Shown: piece by piece, positions 1-26,683 of the stretch | Position numbering within the stretch: position 1 is the stretch's first letter | Layout: each line of letters begins with the position of its first letter | NCBI RefSeq assembly: GCF_000485595.1 | Contig: NW_014577068.1 | Coordinates: 990,607 to 1,050,497 of the forward strand | Direction of reading: 5' to 3' | Length of the DNA: 59,891 nucleotides | DNA from: Priapulus caudatus | Lineage: Eukaryota | Notes under the pieces: generated by a model | What the model was told of the DNA's origin: nothing | Database searches by the model: none | The model's input: the letters and a program-made list of their open reading frames with translations, nothing else | Program-made: the position numbers and the translations under genes

Positions 1-878
1 TATGATTGTGTAGAACCAGCAGGCTCGTTGTCATGCCACCGGGACGTCATCACTTCGGTACTCTATAGCACATTCTATTACCAATGCTAGGGACCAACCC
101 GCTGACTGGCGCTGCTGCAGTGCCGCCAAAAATGGCCGTTTGAAGTTCGCAAATCGAATGTTCGTTCACAAGAAATACCGCAAGCAGACCATTTCAACGA
201 TAGTTAGAGGTTAAATTTTAGTTGCAGATATAACTTAAGACATATTCACTTCGGATAAGAGGCATTAATTGCCTATCACAGACGTTTTATAGCCGCAAGT
301 AACCGTTACTAAGTTGGTCCGGAGCATCCGCAATAGAAGATCCTATAGCCCTGCGGCAACTGCGCACGGGCCATAGTTACTAGAGCTACTGTACTGCCAG
401 ATGAGAATGTTTGCTGGTGACACCAAGTGTTGCTAAAAATGCTATTAGTATTATTACTATTAACTATTAAACTAAGGACATTGCAGATGTGATAGTATTT
501 TTAAGAATATAAGACAGAGAAAAAAATACACGGGAGCGGCGAGCGATTTTGCTCCCGTCAGCTTTCAAAGCGCTCTGGTAACAACAATTACGAGAGCGAA
601 AATTTTGGAAGATACGAGAAAAAATCGCTCCCGTGCTGCCGGCAGCGTTCGAAATTAGTTCCGACCCGGAGGCCCAGGCCCAAGTTTTTGCTCGGTCCAC
701 CATCTCTACGAAACTCTCGGTCCTCCTGACCAGCACTTTTTCCCCTCATATTACGCTGAAATACTACGGTTAGCGCAACGGCAGTTTAAACAGACTTGTA
801 AACGGGAGCGCATAATACGACCCGTTCCTCAACGTAGACGGGGTATCCAAAACATCTAGAGCTGCATGAACTTCTTCA

Positions 879-1701
879 TACCCCCGTCACACTGGACGGG
901 AACCATCGCAGACCGTACGCAACCAGAAAATGCTACAAGGTCGGCCGGAAACTGCGAACACAACGCGAGAAAAAGATCCGCAACAAATTACAATTTGAAA
1001 AAACCGCGCTCTACCGCGACTGCTGCGATCATACCGCAGTTTCTCACGGCGCGCAGCCGCCTACGACCTCTCCGAGCTTATGGCGTTTCATTGAGATTCT
1101 ATGGGCTTGGCACAGGGGCGATCCCGGCAGTTCCTACGGCACTCTGCACCAACGCTCATGGGCGTTCTTACACCCGCGTCTTCTACGTGTATCGCGACTG
1201 CAGCGCGCACCTCACGGCATCTACCACTTCTCCACGGCGACTATATACAGCTGGTCAGATTTTCGGTAAATTTTAACCTGTATAGTTGTGCGTTGCTGCA
1301 GTAGAAACACGAATCACGATGCCGAAGAAACAAGCTACCAGAGGCCGAGGCCGTGGCCGTGGCTGAGACAGATCGGCATGAAACAGATCGGCAGATCGGA
1401 TGAGACAGATCCATGAATTCGCCGTTGAAAATGTTACCATTTTCGCAGCGTCTTTGCCACGCGACCCCACCGCGTTCTCACCGCGTTCCAGGTCAGATCG
1501 CCGAACCTTGGTGTTTGTTTTGAACATGCTCAAAACAAACGCCGTGACTTGGCGATCATTGGCGACCATGGCGACCACACCACGATGTCTGGCGTTTCCA
1601 CCACGCTTATACCACGCTTATGGCGACCTTGGCGCGCTCTGGGCCCATTTTCCGTCGCCGTAGCAGCGCAATAAGGACGCCACCCCGGTGTGACGGGGGT
1701 A
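879..1701. mobile_element. PIF/Harbinger-type non-autonomous element
   Basis: TIR TACCCCCGTCACACYGG at both ends, 3-bp TSD TCA, GC-rich interior. Confidence 0.75.
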
Positions 1702-3368
1702 TCAACGCATGATTCGCCACACGAACAAAAACTCGCGAAAGTCTAAGAAATCGATTGGGGCATCGCGGGCATGTAGTGCAGCCCAGTGTTTTTATGACCG
1801 CATAACAATAAGTTTTTATATCGCAGGGGCTATCGTGGGGAGTGAGGGCACGACCAGTGACAGCTGACACGCACGTAATCAAAGCTGTTAACTGAATTCG
1901 TCACTTTTCTTAACGTAGAAAGTGGACTATTTTTATTCAGTTAGATATCTAGAAGCAATGTAAACTGTATATATATCAGGAGTAGATAATAGGGAAGGAG
2001 TGTGACATCAATAAACAAGGGAAATTCGTCATTTACTAGCCTTATAATACTTACGATTTACTACGCGTAACTCATCCAACTTGAGCAGAGAGTGGCACCA
2101 TCCCTCATCATAGTGCTTAGCCATCGAATGAAGTTGAAAATGAAAAATCGGTAAAATTTTGCCTAAGACCTTGAGAGTATCCTTAAATGTGATACTCGAT
2201 TGTTTTGCCAATGAACATAGTCGCATGTGTGACATCATTCATGAGCGGATCATGCTGGCTTAGCTTGGTGGGGCTCATATAGCTCGGAAGCAGAATGAAA
2301 TCCAAATGAATTCCTGAACCCAGAATGTAATACGCTGCTATTACTCGTGTATAAATCAAGGTAGTTGATCAGGTTTACATTTCTGTGGATCGAGTCGGAG
2401 GTTTACCCTAGCAATTTACTAGATTTCTCTGGGTAAATTATTTAAAATTATTATCTAAGTGCAAGAACCACAGAAAACCCTAGTGTTCACATTAGCATGT
2501 GATTTTAACATAGTGGATGTTTGTCAGACCTCAGTTTTATAATCATGGTCTAAAGTCTGTACAGAATTTAACAAACAGATGTAAGAAAGTTAACTGACTT
2601 GTCATTTAGCAAGAGTTTAATCCCCGATCAACAGTGTTCCAAGCAGCGTGCGAGTATAGTAATTATTCTTGAATGAGTACGTCACTTACCAACTCGGCTG
2701 CACTTAATATTTATCAGAATTTCCACCTGCAACAAACAGAGAACTGCAAATACAAATTAAAGTTAGAAACAAATATAAAGGAATGAAATCATAAAGGTAG
2801 CATAAAGACATACTAGTGAAAACTCATAACTGGCAATACTTGGTGTCTGAACTACTGCTGTCTCTGTTGCATCATATATACAAACACGTGTTTGTATATA
2901 CATATGGTTGCATGAATACAGCAGCAGAGAGCAGAGCAGACTCCAAACTAACAGCAATGCCCAATAGCATGTGCTACACAATCGTGGTAATATCAATAAC
3001 AACAACTAATACCCTCATGTTAATTTAAAAAGGCTAATCGAAAACTTGTTGGGTCCTCTTGTATTGATTATGGGTCGACGACGACATACCAAGGTCGTTG
3101 TTATTACAAATTGATGTTAGATGAAAGAAAAAGAATAAAGCATTATACATATTATGCCCACACTTTCCTTGGTGTATTTATAATTTAGTCAGACATAAAT
3201 TAATACATACTGACACTGTTATGTCTTTGCTCAGCCAATTAAAAGTTCTACTGAATCATATACACACTATTGAAAGAATGTTAAAAAACTGAAAAAATTC
3301 CACGAAATTGTTTCTTGCCAAAAATAACCTCATTGATGATGGAATATCAAATTCAGCTATAATGTTAT

Positions 3369-3412
3369 CAGGAGTAAGATAATATAGGATATCCTATATT
3401 ATCTTACTCCTG
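3369..3412. mobile_element. 44-bp perfect-hairpin mini-element, P/Galileo-like
   Basis: CAGGAG...CTCCTG palindrome flanked by 7-bp TSD ATGTTAT. Confidence 0.7.
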
Positions 3413-4658
3413 ATGTTATGTGACTTTAACCTTGGCACCCGTGACAACACTGGGAGAACTCGCATGGCCAGAGTATATATATATATGCTCTGACTAACAG
3501 GTTCGATGCCGACTATCGGACAAATTCATTTAATCCAAATGGAGATTGAAATTTACAGTTTGAACGCAGATATTTAGGTTATTTTTACAAGCAGGTTGTT
3601 TATTTTTTGGGCTGTTTTTATTAATAAATTTCACACAAAAACAACTGTTTCCGACACCCCCCCTCCGGCATTATAGCATTAGCGCAAGTAAGTTGCTTTG
3701 CAATGGACTGCTCTGCTTGCATGCCAATGGATGTCGGCACACCCGAAATTTACAAACCCTGGAATTCAGAATTCCCCCCTGAATGTGATTTATGGACAGA
3801 TAAGGAAGGGCCTATGAGTGGATTGTACCAATCGTAGTCAATTACGCGTATAAGCGGCCCCAATATACAGGTAAACTTGATCAGTTCGAAGACGTATACA
3901 TCAAGCTGATAAAACAGCATGATTGTTTGGATTATCAAAAGTAAACACAGCTAGAAACTTAGGTGTGCGATTTAGGCAATGACAGCATTTTGGAGGATTT
4001 ATTTGATGTTGTCAGTTATCTTCATCTTTGAAGGCATGTCAGACCCAACGTCCATTAAAGGTCCGGAGAGATCCCTGGTAGTGATAGTACTATAAACAAC
4101 CATGAAATCATCAGCAGTTTGTAGGTTTTACTAGATAGTTATCAAGTGGTGTACTGCAGCATAGAATTCTGTTTCTTTTGCTCATTTAGGGAAAATCTTT
4201 ATACATCCAGTAAAATAAGACAGCGAAGAAGTAGTCATGAACTTTTCTAATAACAAAATCTTGCAGCGTATGCATGTCGGTGTACTCTAGCTGTATGACC
4301 TCTGAAAGCTGAAAACATCATATCAGCAGCTCATAACCAAACAGACTATACACTGGCATAAATGCATTTAAAATTAATTACGTTCTCTGTTCATATTGAA
4401 CTGTATACTGGCAAGATCGAAATCTTGAGCTTATTACATTCAAATACCTGTATGGTTAACGTTTAAGTTGTACAGTTATATACTAATGTTAATTTTTTGG
4501 GTATAAATAAATAAATATATATATAATATATATATAATTTTTTGGGTTGTAATTAATGTCCATGCGTTCTGTGTGTGTTTTCCTTTCTCAGTTATAGCAG
4601 ATTGCTTTTCTATCACTATAAAAGTTTATCTAAATTTAAATAAATCACATGTTTGAAG

Positions 4659-18534
<13,876 letters not shown>

Positions 18535-19341
18535 TAAAATTATTGTAGTATATTTTGCAAACTTATCAAGTGTATGTTGCTTGGAAACATGGTGTTTCCA
18601 AGGTAAGGAGGACAATACATAGAACTATGTACTGTGGGCACACGTGTTGCATTATGCACGGGCAATTATGTAGTTGTTATTTGGGAACTGTTGGGTTCCC
18701 ATTAATTATTAATAGTGCTGAGCTTCTTGAGACAAGCTGGAAATTATTATTTACTTCATGTTATGTTACAGTAAAGTACGATGGGATATTTTTGACTATA
18801 AGTTTTAGTATAATGTAGTGTTCTTGCCATGAAAAAACATGTATCTTTGTTATGTCCTATGGGGCCAGGCCATTCAGCTTCAATGTTCATTTGTATAAAG
18901 TTTAAAAACCTGTATTTCTGCAGAATTTTTTCCCCACAAAATCTTGTTTCTATAGTAGCAGGCTTTTCTGTTTCAGAAAGGGTAAGGATAATATATCGCC
19001 AAGGCTTGTTAACTTGTAAACAGTTTATGTGCTCTTCTTAGAATGCAATATATCCGAAGTTGGAATTAACACACCGTTTTAAAGCATCAAATGTTTTGTT
19101 GTTAGCTTTGTGGTAGTTTTTGGGGGGTATTTGGTGTATATATTACATTTGTGAACATATTGAACTTGGGGTATTTTCCGATATGTGGAATATGTGGAGT
19201 CTTCGTACTTGTTGCACTTGTAAGTATGCCACCATATTTGTTCTTTGCGTATGTCTCAGTACTCTGTACAAGCTGTTCCAATAGTATTTTTGCGTTTTAA
19301 ACAATTCTACAGTCAACAGTACATATATTTAATGTAATATA

Positions 19342-19347
19342 AATAAA
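19342..19347 (+). promoter_or_regulatory. candidate polyadenylation signal of TBC1D23
   Basis: AATAAA about 0.8 kb after the stop, followed by T/GT-rich sequence. Confidence 0.4.
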
Positions 19348-19889
19348 TGCATCTCAATTTCAAGCACTATTGGTATGTCATTTTTTCCACCAGTGTATGA
19401 TAGAATTTATGCGTTGGATACGATTTATAACACTGAATAAGACACGGCAGGAAATATGATGTAAAATGTGATCGGTTTATTGTGTTGATGGTTCACGTAT
19501 TATGTTCAACGTATCAAAAAAAAGTTACGAGTTTTCTGTTATGGGGTTCTCCATCTATACCTATATGTATTTGTGCAGTATCAAATCAGTAGAATGATAG
19601 AAACAGGCTATCCGTGATGGTTTCATTCAGTTTAAGGCCCCTAAACGTGAAAATTTCCTTTGTTAGTATTTGATTATCAAATATGATCAATAACGATTGA
19701 CTTTTCCAGTCGCACTGCAACTGAACGTTTCACTGAGGGTTGCGTTTTATATGATGAAAATGCGCTTGAAATCCATCTGCCTCGCAAAGGAAATTTCCTT
19801 CACTTACTCTGTGCAGATTTGAGAAGAAGCAAGTACTGACAGGCAGGCACCATAAAGACAACGCACATATAGTCTGTAAATCTGAGGCG

Positions 19890-19895
19890 TTTATT
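19890..19895 (-). promoter_or_regulatory. candidate polyadenylation signal of APP (another candidate at 19476-19481)
   Basis: AATAAA on the minus strand about 2.8 kb downstream of the APP stop. Confidence 0.35.
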
Positions 19896-22710
19896 GTGAG
19901 ATTCTATTGCTTGTGAACAAATACCACGTTGTAAAACTATTACAATTTATAACGGTTACAATGACTACGAACGTCAAGTGTACATTGCATATTCTGATGC
20001 TAACAAGATCTTTGAAAATGCAGTTTCGTCAGTTTTACATTAATTTTCATTAATTTACTCAAAGGTCCGACAATAGGAACCGGGGATGCTACGTTCTATT
20101 TATCTGATAATTAAAGTGTTTGGCTAGCATTGAGAATAATTCAACAGTGGTTATATATATATATTATACGGTGTCAACACTTACTGAAAGCAATCTTGCC
20201 TTGTACACATCTTATTATATATAAGTTGACATTCATTTTACGCATCTTAACAATAAAATGATTATCAAGATAAAATGAAATTTAAATGGGTAAAATCAAT
20301 TTAAATGTAGCTGCGCTCAAAATATTACCTAGCGCTATCAGTAATAATCTACGAATAATATATTTTAATGAGGATCAATACGCATAATATAATTTTATAA
20401 TAGAATACATTGTTTTGAAAAAACACACTTGTGTTCGGTAAATTTTGCTTATCAGGTTTGACATTTTTCCAAGATTTCTTAGGCGAGTAATTATTTATCT
20501 TTTTTTTAAAACTAACCTCGCAACACTGAATGTGACATTCACTTACATACAACTACATGCTTCTCTTTCATGTACACAATTCTGCTCATATCACTCACAA
20601 CATCTGCCAATACCTGATCGCACGTTTAAAAACACAACCCACATTCAAAATATACAACATTATTAAAGACAGGCACACAAATTCTACACGAGACACAATC
20701 TAGTTAATTATCGTATATCTTATGATTACACATTATTTACACACAGATGTGATGCCAAAATGAACGCTAGTCGGCAGCACCGATCAGCTGAAATTTGACA
20801 AAAGGCATATATTGAATGATTGGCATGCTTAAATCACTGAGGTTCCATTCATATAAATCGACATATGGGCAAAAAAGTAAACGCCTACCGGCATTGCAAG
20901 TTATTAGCATTTTCGTTTGTGGAATCGGTATAGTTTCTGCAATGTTCTAGAGCTCGTTAACATGAATGAACACAACGAGACAAATGTACAACAGGATCTC
21001 GTGTAGACATCTTAACACATCCTTATAAACCATGGATAAATAGTCATGGTTGATTTCCAATTTTTCAACCTCTGCCATCACTCCTGGGTGTTCACACAGA
21101 AACAACTGACAAAGTATTCTTAATCATTTCATCTCAAGCTGTACCGCTGTCACAAACATGTCTGGTAATTTCCCGCGTACACGTGCAAAACAAAGAATAC
21201 TTATGACATGATGATTCGAACAACAGCAAATCAATTCCTCTCACAAAATATAGATGACAACAACCTAGCTACGAGTAATAAATTTTTTTTCACCAATCAC
21301 TGCCAATTTTCTTACTTTATCGATATCATAATAGGTTGTTGTTCACTAAAATTCACAGCTAATTTTCTAAGAAATATTCTACATGAGATTAAATCACACA
21401 CATCACAATTCTCATATCCATGGGTCCAAACCTTGCTAACAACCAGCTCCTGGTGTTCCAAACAAGCAAACAGCCTGATGTTCACACGCCCCAACACACA
21501 ACATGCAAAGCATTCCAAATTTGCGAGAAAATAAACATACATAAAAAAATAGAAAGCTTAAACACTAAAATGTACATTATGTAAAGCATAAACAATAATA
21601 CAGTCCACTTGCCTTTAAAATACAACAAGTCAATGAACTGCCTTGAACTGCCATTTCCACGTACTGACAAGCGGCCACACTTCACATGACAGCCAGCCAG
21701 GTCAGGACCGCATTGAACCTGTCAGCTAGTGAACGCAGTGACCTTCACAACCATAAAAGCTACATATTGCCTTGCCGTTTTATAGGAAAAAAAAACAAAC
21801 ATTTTAAGGTGCTTACAGAAATCAGATAAAGATTTGCAATTAATCAATCGTATGCTACCATTATTACTGAAATTAAGACAGCCACGATGTAATTAATGGC
21901 ATTGAGAATACCTAAAGGTCGCATTAACGCTGCTCACAAGCAGTTTTTTCTCAGCTGGCCATGCGATGTTAACATTGCAAGTAACGCCAGATAACAAAGT
22001 CGATATCCTCAGTCAACTGTAAAATGCAAGTAAACATTTCTAAAACTCATCAATTAACTTTTCTTTATTGCAAAGTATGACGAGTTAAATGGCCAATTAA
22101 TATTTCAGTTATGCAATGTGTTTACCACAGTGTAGTCCTACGATTAAAACAATAGCCACAAGTGAATGCAGTAAAGCTTACATTACATGACTACTCCATC
22201 AGTTCACTGTAAACACAACTGTGCCTTATTGTGACTTTTACTGCAAAACTTAATAAATTTAATAAAAACTGAGTCACGAGAAGAGATGGAAGTAGTTACG
22301 AAAAAAGGATAGCATGGAAAAGGGAAAGATATAGACAGAGTGAGCATAAAGAGACCATGTGTTCCAGGCTGCAGCGATGAAAAAATTAGAAGACGACAAG
22401 CACGACAGAGAGAGAGACGACGAGAGAGAGAGAGGATGAGACGACCATGAGAGCAGACACGAGAAGAGAGCAGGAGCAGAGAAGCAGATAGAGATAGAGC
22501 AGAAGAAGAGATAGAGCATAGAGAGCAGCATGACTGACGAGAGCTTAGAGAGAGAGAAAGAGAGAGAGAGAGAAAAAGAGATAGAGATAGAGAGAGTGAA
22601 GAGTTAGCAGGAGAACAACTCCCACGGCAACTTCACTCTCCGCTTGACGACGCATCGTACACGTGCCCGCTGCAGTGACCCAGGCCCGACTGCCGTACCT
22701 CTGCCACCGC

Positions 22711-22974
22711 TCAGTTTGTGTAGCTCTCAAAGTATCTGTAGGTGGGGTTCTCGTACCCATTCATCTGCATGTTGTTGACGTGCTTCTCCTCGGGCGACGA
22801 CTGCTGATCGACCTCGGTGAAGCCCGCGCGCGACGCCTCGACGCGCTTCTTCGCGACGACAATGCCGACGATGATCGCGGTCAGCAGCGCAGTGCCCCCT
22901 AGTGTCATAGCGAGGAACAAGCCCTTGTCGTGCAAGTGGTCGCCTTGCTTCACGCTGGACTCCTGGATGAAATT
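22711..22974 (-). CDS. APP: APP exon 12, TM helix and AICD with YENPTY
   Basis: TTTCAG acceptor, TGA stop; GYENPTY motif. Confidence 0.95.
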   Translation of the reverse strand, partial: NFIQESSVKQGDHLHDKGLFLAMTLGGTALLTAIIVGIVVAKKRVEASRAGFTEVDQQSSPEEKHVNNMQMNGYENPTYRYFESYTN

Positions 22975-24711
22975 CTGAAAGAGTTTTCCCATACGAAGGA
23001 CACTTTAGGAATAATTAACTTTCACTTCATATTCATATTCATAATGATTGGAGCACGCGGATTCTCCATGCGTATTATCAATGCAGGTTTTCGTGCAGTG
23101 ACGGGTCTGCTTAAAATCAGTACCTAAAAGGTGTAATTTCTAAGACCACAGCATTGAGAAAAGTGAATGGCACAGTTTACCAATCAAAATATGATGTGTA
23201 ACAACAGGCAGTACTGTTAGACGTGTTTCTAGTCTTCTCCAAGAACCCATCTAACCAGTAGCTAGTGCAGCACGCCAGGTCATAAGTACTAAGAGACAAG
23301 TTGCCTTTAAGCAGGACTACCTAAGGACAATACATAGATGTGATGAGATTGCTGTCACTGGACCTGTTCACATACAGCAACAGTAAACACGCACCTGCTC
23401 CACCTCCACCTCGCTGTTTCTGCGATGGGCAACGAGGTTGTCACCATGGATGTCAGCAATTGCCATGTCTACAGCTTCCTTCACCTGTTCCTGATGCACT
23501 TCGTTGCTTACTGATTCGACCTGCGAGTGCCAACGCACAATGGTTTAATTCACAATAGTGACAAACAAATTAAATTCACAATATTTAGTATATAAATAAA
23601 CTTATCTGCATAATGAATTAGTTTACTAATAATTGTACTACTGTATAAGCTGTATATTTCACGGTGCTTTAATTTTCGCAAATTTCGCGAACACGTCCCG
23701 ACCGCGAAAATAACAACACGTGAATAATTCATACAGAATAATTCATAAATCACCGACCGCGAAATTAACCACTCGCGAAATTGTCCGTCAAGTCTGAATT
23801 CGCGAAAATATCTGTACGCGAAAAATATGACGTATACAGTAATTATTATATAATAATAAAATAATTTCTACTCCACAGGTCCCAATTACTAAATAGAAAC
23901 TGGTCAGGTTCTATGGCACTGACAACGTACCATACATTATTAAATACAACATAACCTAGTTGTTAGTCATCAAACATTCATCGCCAGGTTAACAACCATC
24001 CAGCAGCATACGATGCTGGCGGGATTAAATTACACAAGGTGGTACAGGTAAACAGGCAGGGTAATGCCACGTCGTCACACCTTCAGGGGGATTTAACGAG
24101 GTACAGGTAAACAAGCAGGGTAATGCCACGTCACCACACCTTCAGGTGGATTTAACGAGGTACAGGTAAACAGGCAGGGTAATGCCACGTCATCACACCT
24201 TCAGGTGGATTTAACGATGTACAGGTAAACAGGCAGAGTAACGTCTCATCGTCACACCTTCAGGTGGATTTAACGATGTACAGGTAAACAGGCAGGGTAA
24301 TGTCACGTCATCACACCTTCAGGAGGATTTAACGATGTACAGGTAAACAGGTAGGGTAATGCCACGTCGTCACACCTTCAGGGGGATTGAACGAGGTACA
24401 GGTAAACAGGTACGGTAACGTCACATCGCCACACCTTCAGGTGGATTTCCGGCACGGCTTGCTGCTCGGCGGTGCTCATCATCTGTGCCTCGCTTGTCGA
24501 CCTAGGCTCCTCCTCTGTCGTCTCTTCAACGACGACTGGTGCTCCCGTGCTCACCGTCACTGCCTCCATCGCCTCCTGCTCACGGTCGGCCTTGTCTGCA
24601 ATTTCTATCACAGAGATACGCGCCAGAGGTTGTAGAACGTGTACCGAGTGACAGGGCATGTAGTAATAGTAATGCAGTAATGTAGTAATGCAACCCCAAT
24701 AAACACATGCA

Positions 24712-24743
<32 letters not shown>

Positions 24744-26652
24744 CACACCCACACACATTTATTTATTTATATATTGCGTTTTTCTTTTTTCACTTAAAAA
24801 CGGATATGGCCGATCATACATACTTGACTGTGCGATTGCCAGCTCTTCCTTGTATTTCTCCAGTATCTCATTGTTCGCCTCACCACCACTGAGCTTCATT
24901 ATTGTATTGCTGTCATCCAGTCGCACGTTGCTGTGGATTTCGTTCAGGAATTTCCCTGTAAAACGATCGGCAAGAGTACATCAATTTCACATACACATAC
25001 AAGGGCAAGAGCAAACAAGCTTAAGAGAAAGCGTCGAATTTCTAGCAAAGCGCAGATTTCGCTGATACACCGTATATGAGCAGAACTAATCTAAGAGTCA
25101 AAAACTTTGGTGTTCTGAAAACCCTTTACGAATATCAAACCACGATATTACAACTTTCTCTTTCTCTCTCCCTTTTTAATTCCGACAATATTCCCTGACG
25201 TTTCTCCGACATTTTAAACTGAAACAGGTCTCTGTCGTTCTCCCAATTCCCAGGACGGCGGTCGGCCACCCGCAGAATCCGACGACGTTTCGGACGAGAC
25301 GTACTCAGCTCCGGCATGATCTTGCGCTCGATGGCTGGCAGACGCTGCAGCAGGCCAATGCTCTGGTTGATGCGGCTGTCGATCTCGTTCATGTGCTCGA
25401 TGGCAGCGCTGTGAAGCTTCGCCGCCGCCGCCGGGTCCGTGTTCACCAGGTGGCGATAGTGGCTGATGGTGTGCTTGCGGTCCTTCTCCTCTACGCGGAT
25501 GTACTTGTGCAGCGCCTTCATGATCTGGTGCGCCTGCGAGCAAATGAAAGTCGCAATTATTAACTATTATGCAATACGGCATACTAAACAAAGGTAAGAT
25601 GGCTACCACCATCACACGTATTAAGGAGACTGATTAGGGTGCAGCCATCGATACAGGTTAGGGTTTCCAAATTATTATCTCTAAAATACATCGAAAAGTA
25701 AAAACATGTAGAGGAATTAGATTTCACCTATTAGCAGAGATATTACTGGGCAAAAATTATGAGTTTATGCCCTTATGGTATATAAAACATCAAATAATGC
25801 AGCCACATTCGTCTGCATTACAAGAATTGCCTTGTACTTAGTACCACCAGACAAAGCTGCAGCTCATTGAGGACCGTAGTGGTTCCAGAATGGTACAGCG
25901 TCTCTATTGCTTAATGCAAGTTACCATTAACAAAGTGTAGGAACAGGGTCTCATGATGCTTACTCATAATACATTCAGTCAAGAGTACGGTGCCACTCAG
26001 CATTCTGTGGGGTTAGATACCTAAGGATGCTTCTAGTCTAGGGTGTTCAGGTAGGCTGTTAGGTTGATGAATTAGGGGTTGTATTTACTTCAGGGTGCTC
26101 AGGGAAGCGGTAATGTTAGTTACCTGAGGATGCTTATTTTTCAGGGTGTTCAGGTAAACAGTTATGTTAATAACCTGAGGATGCTTTGTCATCAGGGTGT
26201 TCAGGTAAGAAGTTATGTTAGTTACCTGAAGATGTTTCTTTATCATGGTGTTCAGGTAAGTGGCTATGTTAATTACCCGAAGATGTTTCTTCTTCAGGGG
26301 GTTCAGGTAAGCAGTTACGTTAGTTACCTGAGGATGTTTCTTTATCATGGTGTTCATGTAAGTGGCTATGGTAATTACCTGAGGATGCTTCTTCTTCAGG
26401 TGTTCAGGTAAGCAGTTACGTTAGTTACCTGAGGATGCTTCTTCTTCAGGGTGTTCAGGTAAACGGTCATGGCAGCAGCCTTCTTCTCGGTGAGTCTGCG
26501 CTCAACCCGCTGCTGGTGCACATCCAGCAGGTGCAGCTTCTCGATGCTCCACTCCTCCTCTAACCCGGCAACCATCTTCTGAAACTTCTGTAAAGGCAGC
26601 ACAATAATGCATCATGATGAATTCTCAAAAGGAGGCCGAGTGATTACCGCAC

Positions 26653-26683
<31 letters not shown>

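Noticed and set aside
866..1882. Overlapping GC-rich ORFs near the window start
   Set aside because: They lie within or next to a Harbinger-type MITE and show no protein similarity I can recognise.
4034..4077. Candidate first or upstream coding exon of TBC1D23
   Set aside because: The ATG frame is not phase-compatible with the 4659 exon, and the donor (GTAGTG) is weak; the true first exon may lie upstream of the window.
24042..26465. Regularly spaced repeats as a CRISPR-like array
   Set aside because: Whole units repeat with no unique spacers, the context is eukaryotic introns, and there are no cas genes.
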